Part shown: positions 9,706-19,714 of the stretch, one piece after another
Numbering within the stretch: the stretch's first letter is position 1
Layout: the number at the start of each line of letters is the position of its first letter
Assembly (NCBI GenBank): GCA_963714975.1
Contig: CAVQQD010000002.1
Coordinates: forward strand, 608,001 to 672,000
Reading direction: 5' to 3'
From: an uncultured Gammaproteobacteria bacterium
GTDB lineage: Bacteria; Pseudomonadota; Gammaproteobacteria; JAURND01
DNA: 64,000 nucleotides
The notes under the pieces: generated by a model
Database searches by the model: none
Seen by the model: the letters and a program-made list of their open reading frames with translations, nothing else
Told to the model about the DNA's origin: nothing
Made by a program: the position numbers and the translations under genes

Positions 9706-10250
9706 ACACCCCGTAAAAATTTTTCAGTAATCAGCATTATTGGCTGTGCTTGACTATACATCACATAACTGCGTGATATTAAAGTTCCATCGTTTGTCCC
9801 GAAATGCTGTACCAGCGCTGGGTTTTGTTCTAATTTGCAGCCTAGCAATTGGCGAAATGTTTCTATTTTATTTTGTCGCAATAAGTGTCCGAGGGGAATA
9901 GTAGTGCGAAATAAATCATGCTTAAAATTTTCTGCTGATAAAGCATTAAGATTAATTAAAGAACGAGCGTACAAAAGAATTTTTCCTGATTGCTCACCTA
10001 TCAGTAGGGATTCACGAAATATTAGTTCTGTAGACTCAGTTAAATAAGGCAGTGGCAGGCTTGTACCGAGAAGTCGCTCGCTTAGCTTCTGTATCTTAAT
10101 TTTTTCCTTAGCATAGGATTCTAGGACATCAGTTAAAGTCGTGTCGCAGGTGATAATAATTCGCTCAATCGAGTTTAAAGAATGCAGTAGTGGATTATTA
10201 AGGGAAATCTCAGTTAAATTTTCGAGATCTTGGAAAAAAAGCATCTGCAT
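9678..10250 (-). CDS. Chorismate pyruvate-lyase family protein (UbiC/DUF98-like)
   Basis: DTTLTDVLE..RESLLIG..LYARSLI..IPLGHLL..SRSY..LITEKF. Confidence 0.75.
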   Translation of the reverse strand: MQMLFFQDLENLTEISLNNPLLHSLNSIERIIITCDTTLTDVLESYAKEKIKIQKLSERLLGTSLPLPYLTESTELIFRESLLIGEQSGKILLYARSLINLNALSAENFKHDLFRTTIPLGHLLRQNKIETFRQLLGCKLEQNPALVQHFGTNDGTLISRSYVMYSQAQPIMLITEKFLRGVYDRHRRCS

Positions 10251-10286
10251 ATGTTAGAATCGCTGCCTAATTGAAGAGGGTCCATT

Positions 10287-10676
10287 ATGTTACAAATTTT
10301 TTTAAAAGCAAAACTTCATCATGCTCGGGTTACCCATGTAGAATTAGAATATCAGGGTTCTTGTGCCATTGATCAAGAATTATTAGCGGCTGTTGGCATT
10401 TTAGAAAACGAGCAAATTCATATTTACAATCTTAATAATGGTGAACGTTTCATTACTTATGCAATTACCGCCCCGGTGGGATCAGGCATTATCTCGGTCA
10501 ATGGGGCTGCTGCGCATAAGGTCAAGATTCAAGATCGGATAATTATCTGTAGTTATGCCTGGCTTAATGAGCAAGAGGTAGCACAACATCGTCCTCGGGT
10601 GCTGCAGTTAGATGCCCATAACCGCTCCACTCCGATTGCCCAAGAACAGCTATACCAGGTTGACCTCTTCTCCTAA
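10287..10676 (+). CDS. panD: Aspartate 1-decarboxylase
   Basis: [18 protein letters not shown] (G-S autocleavage site)..[14 protein letters not shown]. Confidence 0.97.
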   Translation: MLQIFLKAKLHHARVTHVELEYQGSCAIDQELLAAVGILENEQIHIYNLNNGERFITYAITAPVGSGIISVNGAAAHKVKIQDRIIICSYAWLNEQEVAQHRPRVLQLDAHNRSTPIAQEQLYQVDLFS

Positions 10677-10715
10677 CCTTCAGTTATTATGCGCATTTTT
10701 AGCTTATGCCCAATA

Positions 10716-11594
10716 CTAAAGTTTATCTTGTGATAGGTTTCTGACCTCATTTAATGACAAATCCATCAGCCCGGCGATTTCTTCTAGCGCCAAACCTTTA
10801 GCCATTAGCTTGCGTACCAAGACTTGCTGGGTTTTAAAGCTACCTTCTTCACGCCCAATCTCTATGCCTTCTTGCATCCCGCTCCGATGAGCAGCATTTA
10901 CCAAGGTTTTTTCAACACTAATGGCATCCCAATAGCGATCATAGTCTTCCAATTCGGCCGGTGTATAGGCGGCTTCTTCAGCCAAGTCGAGGGCTTGTTT
11001 AATTTCAGGTTCCTCCAGCCAATCGCTAGGGACTTGGTTAACTTTTTCATTTAGCTCCGACATAAAACGCAGCCACAGAACTTTCAGTTTTTTCTCCGGA
11101 TAATTCTTGGCTTTGAATTTAGGCAGCTCAATAAATACTAATTGTAAATCTTTAATCTCAACCGCAGGCTTCTGCACATTCACAATTTTATAGTGGTGGT
11201 ACCAATGCTCTTCATCAGGATCAAAGGTCGTGTTAATCAGGCCAAGCCCATACACTGGCCGTAGTAATTCGTAGTCTTCTCCTTTTTCTAATTGACGCAC
11301 ATAGGCTTTACTGACATTAAATAATAAACGTTGTTTAAAACTATCCGTCCATTGGATCTGCATTTCCACAATAAACACCCGGCCTTGCTCATCAGTACAC
11401 TTCACATCTACCACAGTGTATTTAAAGGCAGGAATTGTGGGGACTTGTTCACTAGGTAAGTATTCTAGCCTACTGATTAAGCCTTTTTCGGGGAGAGGTA
11501 AGATCGAGTTAAGAAAGCTTTTGAGTAGTTCGGGATGTTCGCCAAAAATTTTTTTAAAAACAATATCGGTTTTAGGATCTAAATAGCGTGGCAT
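10716..11594 (-). CDS. Rpn family PD-(D/E)XK nuclease (recombination-promoting nuclease / putative transposase)
   Basis: YLDPKTDIVFKKIFG..VDVKC..FIVEMQ..FIELPKF..EGIEIGREEG tail. Confidence 0.9.
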   Translation of the reverse strand: MPRYLDPKTDIVFKKIFGEHPELLKSFLNSILPLPEKGLISRLEYLPSEQVPTIPAFKYTVVDVKCTDEQGRVFIVEMQIQWTDSFKQRLLFNVSKAYVRQLEKGEDYELLRPVYGLGLINTTFDPDEEHWYHHYKIVNVQKPAVEIKDLQLVFIELPKFKAKNYPEKKLKVLWLRFMSELNEKVNQVPSDWLEEPEIKQALDLAEEAAYTPAELEDYDRYWDAISVEKTLVNAAHRSGMQEGIEIGREEGSFKTQQVLVRKLMAKGLALEEIAGLMDLSLNEVRNLSQDKL

Positions 11595-11710
11595 GGTTTC
11601 TTCCAGTAATGGGTAATGAGTTCAACCATAGCAAAATGTTTTTGACTGAGCAATACAGTAGGGGAAATCCCTCTCCAAATATGAGCCGTGTGCGGCAGGA
11701 CCTTGAAGGC

Positions 11711-12565
11711 TCAGCGGCAATCCTCCACTCGTACATTATCAATCAATCGCGTTTTACCTAGCCATGCAGCAGCTAACACGACTAACGCAGTGTCATTGGG
11801 CTTGGGAATTTCTAAGCTAGCTGAATTTCGCACTTCCAGATAGTCTAATTTAAAGCCGAGTTTTTCCAGTTCTTCTCCAGCTTGTTGGCACAATTTTGGA
11901 TAATCCAGGTTGCCGCCAATGATTTGCTCGCATACCTGGTTTAAATTTGCAAATAGATCGGGAGCTATTGCTCGCTCGCTGACATTTAGATATTGATTCC
12001 TAGAGCTCATTGCTAGACCATCCGCTTCTCGGACCGTAGCTACTGGAAGAATAGTAATGGGAAAATTTAAATCCTGCACCATTCTGCAAATAATAACCCA
12101 TTGTTGAAAATCTTTTTCGCCAAAGATCGCTATTTGTGGCTGCACGATATGAAATAACTTCGCGACGACGGTAGTGACTCCATAAAAAAAATGCGGGCGG
12201 GTTTTACCACACAATGCATCGGATAAACCCGGGACAATGACCTGGCTGAGTGGCAGTTGATTATTAGGATAAATTTCATGGTTATCAGGCAGAAACAAGC
12301 TGTCGACTTCGCTGGCAATTAATTTATCAATATCGGTTTGCTGTGTGCGCGGATAAGTATCGAAATCTTCGTGCGGAGCAAATTGTAGGGGATTCACAAA
12401 AATACTGACCACAATATGGTCGGCCACTTGTTTGGCGTGTCGCACGAGCGCTAAATGTCCCTCATGCAGGTTGCCCATCGTTGTGACCAGGGCAATTTTT
12501 GTTCCAGCCATGCGTAATGGAGCTAGATGCTCGCGCAAAGATTGAATTGATTGGAAAATGTTCAT
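11711..12565 (-). CDS. panC: Pantoate-beta-alanine ligase
   Basis: TMGNLHEGH, FVNPLQF, FGEKDFQQ, DGLAMSSRN, RLIDN. Confidence 0.98.
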   Translation of the reverse strand: MNIFQSIQSLREHLAPLRMAGTKIALVTTMGNLHEGHLALVRHAKQVADHIVVSIFVNPLQFAPHEDFDTYPRTQQTDIDKLIASEVDSLFLPDNHEIYPNNQLPLSQVIVPGLSDALCGKTRPHFFYGVTTVVAKLFHIVQPQIAIFGEKDFQQWVIICRMVQDLNFPITILPVATVREADGLAMSSRNQYLNVSERAIAPDLFANLNQVCEQIIGGNLDYPKLCQQAGEELEKLGFKLDYLEVRNSASLEIPKPNDTALVVLAAAWLGKTRLIDNVRVEDCR

Positions 12566-13371
12566 GCAAAACTTTGTTCTAGGCTGGGAAACTCACCATT
12601 TTTTACGCAACGGACGTATTCTTTAACAGCTCCTGGAATACCGTCAGTTTGGCCCAACAAAAAATTACGTGTGAAGGTATATTGTTGTCCAGTGATACCT
12701 AGCATATCAGGGGTCACTAATACTTGCCCATCGCAATAAGGTCCAGCTCCAATACCAATGACGGGAATGGAAAGTTTTTGGGTAATTTTCTTTGCCAATT
12801 CGAAGGGGATGCATTCCAACACCAGCAACTTAGCGCCCGCTTTTTCAAGCTGAATTGCCGAATCAAAAATTTCATGTGCTTGCGTTTTTTCACGCCCTTG
12901 GACTTTATAGCCGCCAAAAGCATGAACTGATTGTGGGGTTAAGCCAAGGTGAGCGCAGGTAGGGATCCCTTTCTCATTGATTTGACTGATGATCGGCAGC
13001 AGCCAATTTCCCCCCTCCATTTTGATCATTTCCGCACCTGCCTGCATCAATTTAGCGGCATTCTTCAGGGCCCGATCCACGCCGCTATAAGACATAAATG
13101 GCATATCAGCTATGACAAAAGCCTGGGGCTTAGCGCGGCAGACATTCTGGGTATGATAGACGATATCTTTGACGGTCACCGGGAGTGTGCTACTATGGCC
13201 AGCAACCACCATTCCTAGGGTATCACCTACTAAAAGTATTTCTACTCCTGCTTCGCTGAGAGTTTTTGCAAATGCTGCATCATAACAAGTCAGCACGCTA
13301 ATTTTTTCCCCATCTTGCTTCATTTTATGCAGCTGGGTAAGTGTAATATGTTTAGTCATAGCTTGGGTCAT
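12562..13371 (-). CDS. panB: 3-methyl-2-oxobutanoate hydroxymethyltransferase
   Basis: LTCYDA..LLVGDTLGM..DMPFMSY..HLGLTPQS..GIGAG..DGQVLV. Confidence 0.98.
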   Translation of the reverse strand: MTQAMTKHITLTQLHKMKQDGEKISVLTCYDAAFAKTLSEAGVEILLVGDTLGMVVAGHSSTLPVTVKDIVYHTQNVCRAKPQAFVIADMPFMSYSGVDRALKNAAKLMQAGAEMIKMEGGNWLLPIISQINEKGIPTCAHLGLTPQSVHAFGGYKVQGREKTQAHEIFDSAIQLEKAGAKLLVLECIPFELAKKITQKLSIPVIGIGAGPYCDGQVLVTPDMLGITGQQYTFTRNFLLGQTDGIPGAVKEYVRCVKNGEFPSLEQSFA

Positions 13372-13445
13372 GTGGTTATGGGAGGACTATTTCGTCGGCT
13401 ATGTTACCCAGCATTTACTATTTTTGCAAAGAAGAGGATCGTCCA

Positions 13446-14651
13446 ATGCAAGCCTCATTAGAACACAAGCGGATTTTATTAGGAGTGACTGGCGGTATTG
13501 CTATTTATAAAAGCGCTGATTTAGTGCGTCGCTTACGGGAGGCTGGGGCCGAAGTTCGGGTAGTAATGACTAATGCTGCTAAATCCCTGATGACGCCTTT
13601 AGCATTTCAAGCGCTCTCAGGCTACAGCGTATTATCCGATTGGGACGGACAGAGTTCTGAATTTGCCATGGATCATATTGCCTTAACTCGTTGGGCCGAT
13701 CTGATTTTGATTGCTCCTTGCACTGCGGATTTTATGGCTAAATTAGCGCATGGACTGGCTGATGATGTGCTAAGTACCTTATGTCTTGCCGCAACTGTGC
13801 CGATCTTAGTGGCTCCGGCGATGAATAAACACATGTGGGACAACCCAGCAACGCAATTTAATAAAGCTCAATTGGAGCAACGCGGGGCGAGCATCATCCC
13901 TCCTGAAAGCGGTGCACAAGTCTGTGGCGATGTGGGGGTAGGGCGAATGGTCGAGGTCGATGCGATCCTGAGTTCACTGGTCGAAATGTTTAGCAAAACA
14001 ACGCGTTTGCAGGAGGTACGGGTTTTAATCACTGCCGGTCCAACCCAAGAACCGATTGATCCAGTGCGATTTATTTCTAATCACAGTTCTGGCAAGATGG
14101 GTTATGCTTTGGCGGAAGCGGCAGCTGCTGCGGGGGCAAAAGTGACGCTGGTAAGCGGTCCTTGTCAGCTGACCCTCTCGCAAAGCATAGAGAAAATAGC
14201 CGTGATTACCGCGCAACAAATGTTTGATGCTGTCATGGCAAAGCAAGCTGATTGTGATATTTTTATTGCCGTAGCGGCTGTGGCAGATTATCACTGTGTG
14301 AATATTGCGTCGCAGAAAATGTCTAAAGGCCAAGAAGAATTGACTTTGGTGTTACAACCCACCCCAGACATTTTGGCAGCGGTCGCTCAGCAAAATCAGA
14401 GGCTTTTTACCGTAGGTTTTGCAGCAGAAACCGAGCATGTCGTAGAAAATGCCAGAGGAAAATTGCACGAAAAACATTTGCAGCTAATAATTGCTAATGA
14501 TGTTTCACAAGCTAATATTGGCTTTCATTCCGACCAAAATGCCTGCATTGCCCTTTGGGACCAGGGGGAGAAAAATTTTTCTGCGCGCTCAAAGCGACAA
14601 TTAGCAGTAGATTTGCTTGATTTAATTGCTATTCTTTATTCGCAAAGGTAG
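13446..14651 (+). CDS. coaBC: Bifunctional phosphopantothenoylcysteine decarboxylase/synthetase
   Basis: GVTGGIAIYKS, APAMN, TAGPTQEPIDPVRFISNHSSGKMG, GFAAET. Confidence 0.97.
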   Translation: MQASLEHKRILLGVTGGIAIYKSADLVRRLREAGAEVRVVMTNAAKSLMTPLAFQALSGYSVLSDWDGQSSEFAMDHIALTRWADLILIAPCTADFMAKLAHGLADDVLSTLCLAATVPILVAPAMNKHMWDNPATQFNKAQLEQRGASIIPPESGAQVCGDVGVGRMVEVDAILSSLVEMFSKTTRLQEVRVLITAGPTQEPIDPVRFISNHSSGKMGYALAEAAAAAGAKVTLVSGPCQLTLSQSIEKIAVITAQQMFDAVMAKQADCDIFIAVAAVADYHCVNIASQKMSKGQEELTLVLQPTPDILAAVAQQNQRLFTVGFAAETEHVVENARGKLHEKHLQLIIANDVSQANIGFHSDQNACIALWDQGEKNFSARSKRQLAVDLLDLIAILYSQR

Positions 14652-15732
14652 GGATATTTTTGCTACGGATATTGCTTGCAGCATCAGCATTTATTCGGGT
14701 ACGTAAAGTAGGAAAGCTGTGCGGAGAATTCTCGCTCACAAAATTCACTATTTTTTCCCTAATTTCGCAACCTAGACTCCACAAATCTCCGGTATTCCGG
14801 GCACTGATTAAAGCTCGTAATTGTAAAGAATTTTCTTTTAGGTCAATTACTTCTAGCTTTCCCATCTTTTTGTCCCAAAAAGGAGAATTGTGTAGAGTAT
14901 CAATTAAAAATTGTCTTAGGATCTGAATGTCTATACTGTAATCGACATGAAAAGGAATAGAGCCTAATAAATTTGGATCAGGCTGAGTGAAGTGGATGAA
15001 AGGTTTATCGATAAAATAATTTAACGGCAAAACTAACCTTCTTAAATCCCATAAGCACAAGGTAACATTGGTAGAAGTAATCTCTTCTACCTTGCCAATT
15101 TCACCTTCAATCCCCAAAGTGTCACCAATTTTAATCGGTTTAGTAAAGGCTAATTGAAAGCCAGAGATGATGTTGCTGACTAATTTTTGCGCACTCAATG
15201 CAACGATGGCACCTGCAACTCCAGCGGAAACCAATATGCCCTTGCCTATTTCTCTAACACTCTCAAAGCTCAATAATAAAAGTGAGATGGCAAGTATAAA
15301 TATAAGTAACTTCCCAATATTTTTTAAGACATGATATTTAGTAATTAAGACGGTGTAACGTAAATCTTTATTAGTGGTTAATGATTTTTTTAGCAGCCAA
15401 ATGTCTAAATAATCCATTATTTTCAGCGCCGACCAACTCATAGCCAGAATAAATAAAACTTTAACGATGTGACTAATAATTTGGGAAGCAGAATTTAAAT
15501 CCAACGCTGATGCAGCTAGAGTAAAATAAAATAAAACAAAAATTACATACAGTGGATTTTTCAGATGATGTAAAAAAATTCCAAGTAAGCTTGCTTGCAT
15601 TTTAAAATGTTTGACTAATAGGATATAAACAACGAAATGGGTTAGTAACCCGAAGAAGATGCCTATACCAACAGCGATTAAAATTGGGACATATAGTTGA
15701 AAATTATTCATTGAAAATTGCATGGGTATCAT
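14629..15732 (-). CDS. Small-conductance mechanosensitive channel (MscS family)
   Basis: TM helices followed by SAGVAG..AQ..SNIISG..PIKIGD..GKVEEI..WDLRRLVLP. Confidence 0.9.
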   Translation of the reverse strand: MIPMQFSMNNFQLYVPILIAVGIGIFFGLLTHFVVYILLVKHFKMQASLLGIFLHHLKNPLYVIFVLFYFTLAASALDLNSASQIISHIVKVLFILAMSWSALKIMDYLDIWLLKKSLTTNKDLRYTVLITKYHVLKNIGKLLIFILAISLLLLSFESVREIGKGILVSAGVAGAIVALSAQKLVSNIISGFQLAFTKPIKIGDTLGIEGEIGKVEEITSTNVTLCLWDLRRLVLPLNYFIDKPFIHFTQPDPNLLGSIPFHVDYSIDIQILRQFLIDTLHNSPFWDKKMGKLEVIDLKENSLQLRALISARNTGDLWSLGCEIREKIVNFVSENSPHSFPTLRTRINADAASNIRSKNIPTFANKE

Positions 15733-17162
15733 ATTGGGATTCCTGCAGGAAGTGAAGATAAGGAACTACTACTGCTTTCTTGGTGATAAGTTAAAAGTTT
15801 GTTATTATTAATTTTTTGGCTGATAATACCGAGTTGTGCTAATATTTTGTTAGTAATTTCATTCCAATTGCGGAGTTTTTCATTTTTTGTTTGCTCAGTT
15901 GTTAGATATTCTTGAAATGTTTCTGGGTAGTAATTTCGTGCAGCTCCTTGATAATGTTTGTTTAGAACAGCAAAAGTGAGTAATAGGCCAGCAAGTGCTA
16001 CAATGGCTAAGGTAATATAGAGGCCTTGTCTTGTCATTACAAAGTCTGCTGCTTTTCCTATGCCTAATGTATGAATACTTTCCAATTTAGCTTTAGCCAG
16101 TTTAATAATAAGCATGGGGAAAAAGAAATTCCCGGCACACGTCCCTAAAAAAGTGCTTATCCCAACCCAGATGAGTAGTCTTTTTTGTTTTTTCCACCAT
16201 TCCTTGGCAGATAAGCGCTTGGTTTTTTCATTAGATTCAGCCGATTGCTCGTCTGCAAAATTACTATGGTCGTACTTACTCAATGAATTTTGAGCTTTAA
16301 CTCTATTCTGGGGGTGCAGATTCTGAGTTGTAGTTATTATTTCAATAAGTTCATTATATACCTGTTCTTGGCCTTTGACAGATAATTGTTTTAATTCTTT
16401 GATAAGTTGTAGGAGTTGATCAGCGTCTATATCAATTTCCTTAAACATTGCTTGTAACTGCATTTCTAGCTTAGTTAAGTTGGCACCACTTAGAAAAAAT
16501 GTTGCTTTGCTCAATATGGATGAAAATTCATTGCCACTTATTGATTTATCTTCAGTGTTATTATCCTTTTCTTTAATATATTGATTAAAAGGAGATTGGT
16601 TAAGGCTATTTTTTATTCCTTGCAGATTTTCTTCTAGTTCGATTATTATTTTTCTGCGAATGATGAAGAGTATTTGTTCCCTCAGTTTGGCCAGTTTTAC
16701 CGTGCGAATCCTATCTTTCTCTTGTAGACGCAAGTCTTTCCAACTTATCTTAACCAGGGTGGAAATCGGTAAAAGGCAAAAAATTCCCAATCCTAAAAAA
16801 GTAACTACTAAGTTGACGTCAGAGATGGCGAAAAATCCTAAAACTGCTGAAGTCAAGCCTAAAATAGTAGTGATGATCAGATGACAGATAATAAAGATAT
16901 CACAAGCTCTTTCATCAACATGAACCTCTAATTTGTTTTTCTCCAATTCGGTTAAATTGACAAAGCTTAGTAGTTTATGGAAATTATTGAGGTTATTTTC
17001 AGTTTTAAATGTTTTCTTTAATTTATTAACTGGAAACGCCAATTTTTTATCTATGTCCAAAGATAAAGTTCGATGACTATAGGCGTCTGATTCCAGTTGT
17101 TTAAAAAATTCTATTTTATCTTTGGTGTCCTGCAAAACCGTATTCAATAAATTTTCAGACAT
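15729..17162 (-). CDS. Hypothetical AT-rich multi-TM/coiled-coil protein, possible effector
   Basis: 477-aa ORF with two TM hairpins separated by a helical region; RBS GAGGTG; no family recognised. Confidence 0.6.
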   Translation of the reverse strand: MSENLLNTVLQDTKDKIEFFKQLESDAYSHRTLSLDIDKKLAFPVNKLKKTFKTENNLNNFHKLLSFVNLTELEKNKLEVHVDERACDIFIICHLIITTILGLTSAVLGFFAISDVNLVVTFLGLGIFCLLPISTLVKISWKDLRLQEKDRIRTVKLAKLREQILFIIRRKIIIELEENLQGIKNSLNQSPFNQYIKEKDNNTEDKSISGNEFSSILSKATFFLSGANLTKLEMQLQAMFKEIDIDADQLLQLIKELKQLSVKGQEQVYNELIEIITTTQNLHPQNRVKAQNSLSKYDHSNFADEQSAESNEKTKRLSAKEWWKKQKRLLIWVGISTFLGTCAGNFFFPMLIIKLAKAKLESIHTLGIGKAADFVMTRQGLYITLAIVALAGLLLTFAVLNKHYQGAARNYYPETFQEYLTTEQTKNEKLRNWNEITNKILAQLGIISQKINNNKLLTYHQESSSSSLSSLPAGIPI

Positions 17163-17397
17163 AATTCACCTCTTTAGATTATACAGGTAAATGCTGAGTC
17201 TTATAACTCTTGAATAAATAAATTGCTTAGCAGAGGTTATAATACAAAAAAATAGATTGCAAGCTTTTTTGGCAGTGCTTTGTTCTAGCTTTTATAGGTA
17301 GTTTATTTATTAGAGAGCCTAATCAAAAACTTATTTTAAAAGGCACAACACTGGCGCATCACTAGAAAATTTTGTAGGATATGAGCTCTTATGTGCT

Positions 17398-17471
17398 GCG
17401 GGTGTAGTTCAATGGTAGAACTTCAGCTTCCCAAGCTGATAGCGTGGGTTCGATTCCCATCACCCGCTCCA
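17398..17471 (+). tRNA. tRNA-Gly (CCC)
   Basis: GCGGGTG acceptor stem, TCAGC-TTCCCAA-GCTGA anticodon arm, GTTCGATTC, CCA end. Confidence 0.97.
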
Positions 17472-17500
17472 TCCATCAATAAAGAAGGAAGGATATAATA

Positions 17501-19558
17501 ATGAATAGGCTGCTGAAGATTATTGTCTGGATCGTCGTAATCCTGGTTCTTTTGGCGGTGGGCTCGGGGATAGTGTTGTTTACTATGATTAAACCTAGTG
17601 TCCTTAAAAGTCAAATGACCACTTGGGTGCATAATAAAACAGGCAGAGAATTAATTATCAGCGGTGATATTGAGCGTTCCATTTTTCCCTGGGTAGGCTT
17701 GCGCATCCATGACTTACGCTTAACGAATGCCCCTGGTTTTGAGCCTCAGGATAATTTTGTCAGCATTGGTCAGGTCGATGTCAAGGTAAAACTTCTCCCT
17801 TTGCTCAGCCGAACAGTGGAAATAGGGAAGATAAGCTTTGATGGAGTACAGCTCAATTTGGCGAAGAATGCGATTGGTCAAGGCAATTGGCAAGATTTAG
17901 GGAGAAGAAAAGCTTCCTTGGTCGGCTCTGATAGTGCTTCTAATACATCCGCGCCCGCCTCAGCAGCATCCGCTTCTTCTAGGCATTTTGAAATTAGTAT
18001 TGCTGAATTAGAGATAAAGCGAGCTAATATTTCCTGGAGAAATGCTCAAAATGGTGATCATTTATTGATTAAAAATTTAGATTTAACTAGCACGCATATG
18101 GGCTTTAATCAAGCCTTTCCATTTGCAGTAGCGTTTACTCTAGAAGGAGCAAAACCTCAAATTACGGGTCAATTTTCCTTAGATAGTAATGTGATTGTGG
18201 TCCCTGCGTTACAACAGTTTAAATTTACGAAACTGCGCTTGAATAGCGCAATTTTAGTACCCAATTTACCTAAGGCACAATTAGCAGCCGATAAACTGGA
18301 TTTTTCTCTAAAATCACAACTGTTAACAGCTGAAAATCTAGTTTTCACGCTGGGGGATTTAGTGGCTAAGATTGAACTTAAGGGAGAAAATCTAATCAGC
18401 CAACCTGCTTTTCAAGGTCATATTCGGGTGACGCAATTTAATTTGCGGGATTTTCTGAGTTTGATAAGGAAAAATTTCCCCACACGTGACCCAAGTGCCT
18501 TGCAGCGGGTTTCTTTGTTAACTGATTTTACAATCAATAAAAATTTACTTAAGCTCAGCTCATTAACCATGCAGGTTGATGACTCTACGGCGAAGGGAAA
18601 TTTCGCATTAGAAAACAATGGTCCTAAAAAATTAAATTTTAACTTGGATGTTGATCAAATTAATTTAGATCGTTACTTGCCGAATGGTTCGATGGTCGGA
18701 ATGAAATCAGCAGCAACCGCGGTAAAATCAACACCGGCAACGCCAGTTACAGTTGCGACAGCAGTAGCAGACCCAGCAGTTGTCGAAAAGAACCGTTTAA
18801 AATTAGCCGCAATTAATGGAACTTTGCAAGTTAATTTACTCAGTTTAAGCAACATTCGAATTAATAATGTTTTTGCCTTAATTAATACAAAAGACGATTT
18901 GATCCATATTTCGCCTTTTAAGGCAGAAGTATTTCAGGGCACTAGTGATGGAGAAATAGCCATCGATGTCCATTCGGACATCCCTAAATATTCAGTTAAA
19001 GAAGCTTTAAGTAATGTGCAATTAAGCCAATTATTTAAATCGGATCGGCTGACCGGAACTGCTAATATTAATTTAAATGTCACGGCACTAGGGAAAAATA
19101 AAAATGTCATTTTACATAGTTTAAATGGCACTACTCAGTTTAATATAAAAAATGGCGCCTTGTTAGGGGTAGATATTCCTTATGAATTAGCGCGCGCGGT
19201 TGCAGTATTAAAAAAACAAACGATTCCTCCTGAGCCTGCCATTAGGCAAACTGAATTTAGTGAATTTACTGGTTCGGGAGTTTTAAATCAGGGAGTGTTG
19301 GCGAATGAAAATTTACAAATTCTCTCGCCAGCTTTTAAAATTACTGGGAAGGGAACAGCCAATTTTGTGGATCAACAATTGAACTATCATTTGTTGGTAG
19401 CCAGACCTCAGGAGGAAGAGAAATTTGCCATCCCCTTATTGATTACTGGTACTTTTAGTAAGCCGAAGGTAACGCCTGATTTGGAAGCAATTTCAGGTAT
19501 GCTACTCAAACAACAATTGCAGGATAAAATCCAATTACTGCGGAAGTGGATTAAATAA
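17501..19558 (+). CDS. asmA: AsmA family protein
   Basis: N-terminal anchor, TGRELIISGDI..FPWVGL, GQGNWQDL, C-terminal IPLLITGTFSKP. Confidence 0.88.
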   Translation: MNRLLKIIVWIVVILVLLAVGSGIVLFTMIKPSVLKSQMTTWVHNKTGRELIISGDIERSIFPWVGLRIHDLRLTNAPGFEPQDNFVSIGQVDVKVKLLPLLSRTVEIGKISFDGVQLNLAKNAIGQGNWQDLGRRKASLVGSDSASNTSAPASAASASSRHFEISIAELEIKRANISWRNAQNGDHLLIKNLDLTSTHMGFNQAFPFAVAFTLEGAKPQITGQFSLDSNVIVVPALQQFKFTKLRLNSAILVPNLPKAQLAADKLDFSLKSQLLTAENLVFTLGDLVAKIELKGENLISQPAFQGHIRVTQFNLRDFLSLIRKNFPTRDPSALQRVSLLTDFTINKNLLKLSSLTMQVDDSTAKGNFALENNGPKKLNFNLDVDQINLDRYLPNGSMVGMKSAATAVKSTPATPVTVATAVADPAVVEKNRLKLAAINGTLQVNLLSLSNIRINNVFALINTKDDLIHISPFKAEVFQGTSDGEIAIDVHSDIPKYSVKEALSNVQLSQLFKSDRLTGTANINLNVTALGKNKNVILHSLNGTTQFNIKNGALLGVDIPYELARAVAVLKKQTIPPEPAIRQTEFSEFTGSGVLNQGVLANENLQILSPAFKITGKGTANFVDQQLNYHLLVARPQEEEKFAIPLLITGTFSKPKVTPDLEAISGMLLKQQLQDKIQLLRKWIK

Positions 19559-19682
19559 AAACAGGCATCTATGGCCTATCTTTCGCAACGAAATGTTTGA
19601 AAAATGCTCATGTACTAACGTGTACACTGCGCTTTTTCATCCATTTCGTTACTTCAACCTAGGCTCATAGCTGCCTGTTTTT
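19557..19682. repeat. 126-bp palindromic repeat (RPE-like), copy 1
   Basis: Ends AAAAACAGGCA/TGCCTGTTTTT; core GCTCATGTAC..GTACACTGCGC; inverted copy at 30972-31097. Confidence 0.88.
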
Positions 19683-19714
19683 GCCAATAGGGTGAATATT
19701 AAAGTGAGGATTAC

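Noticed and set aside
17398-17471. tRNA-Gly as an integration site of a genomic island
   Set aside because: No duplicated tRNA 3' end and no integrase seen; asmA follows directly
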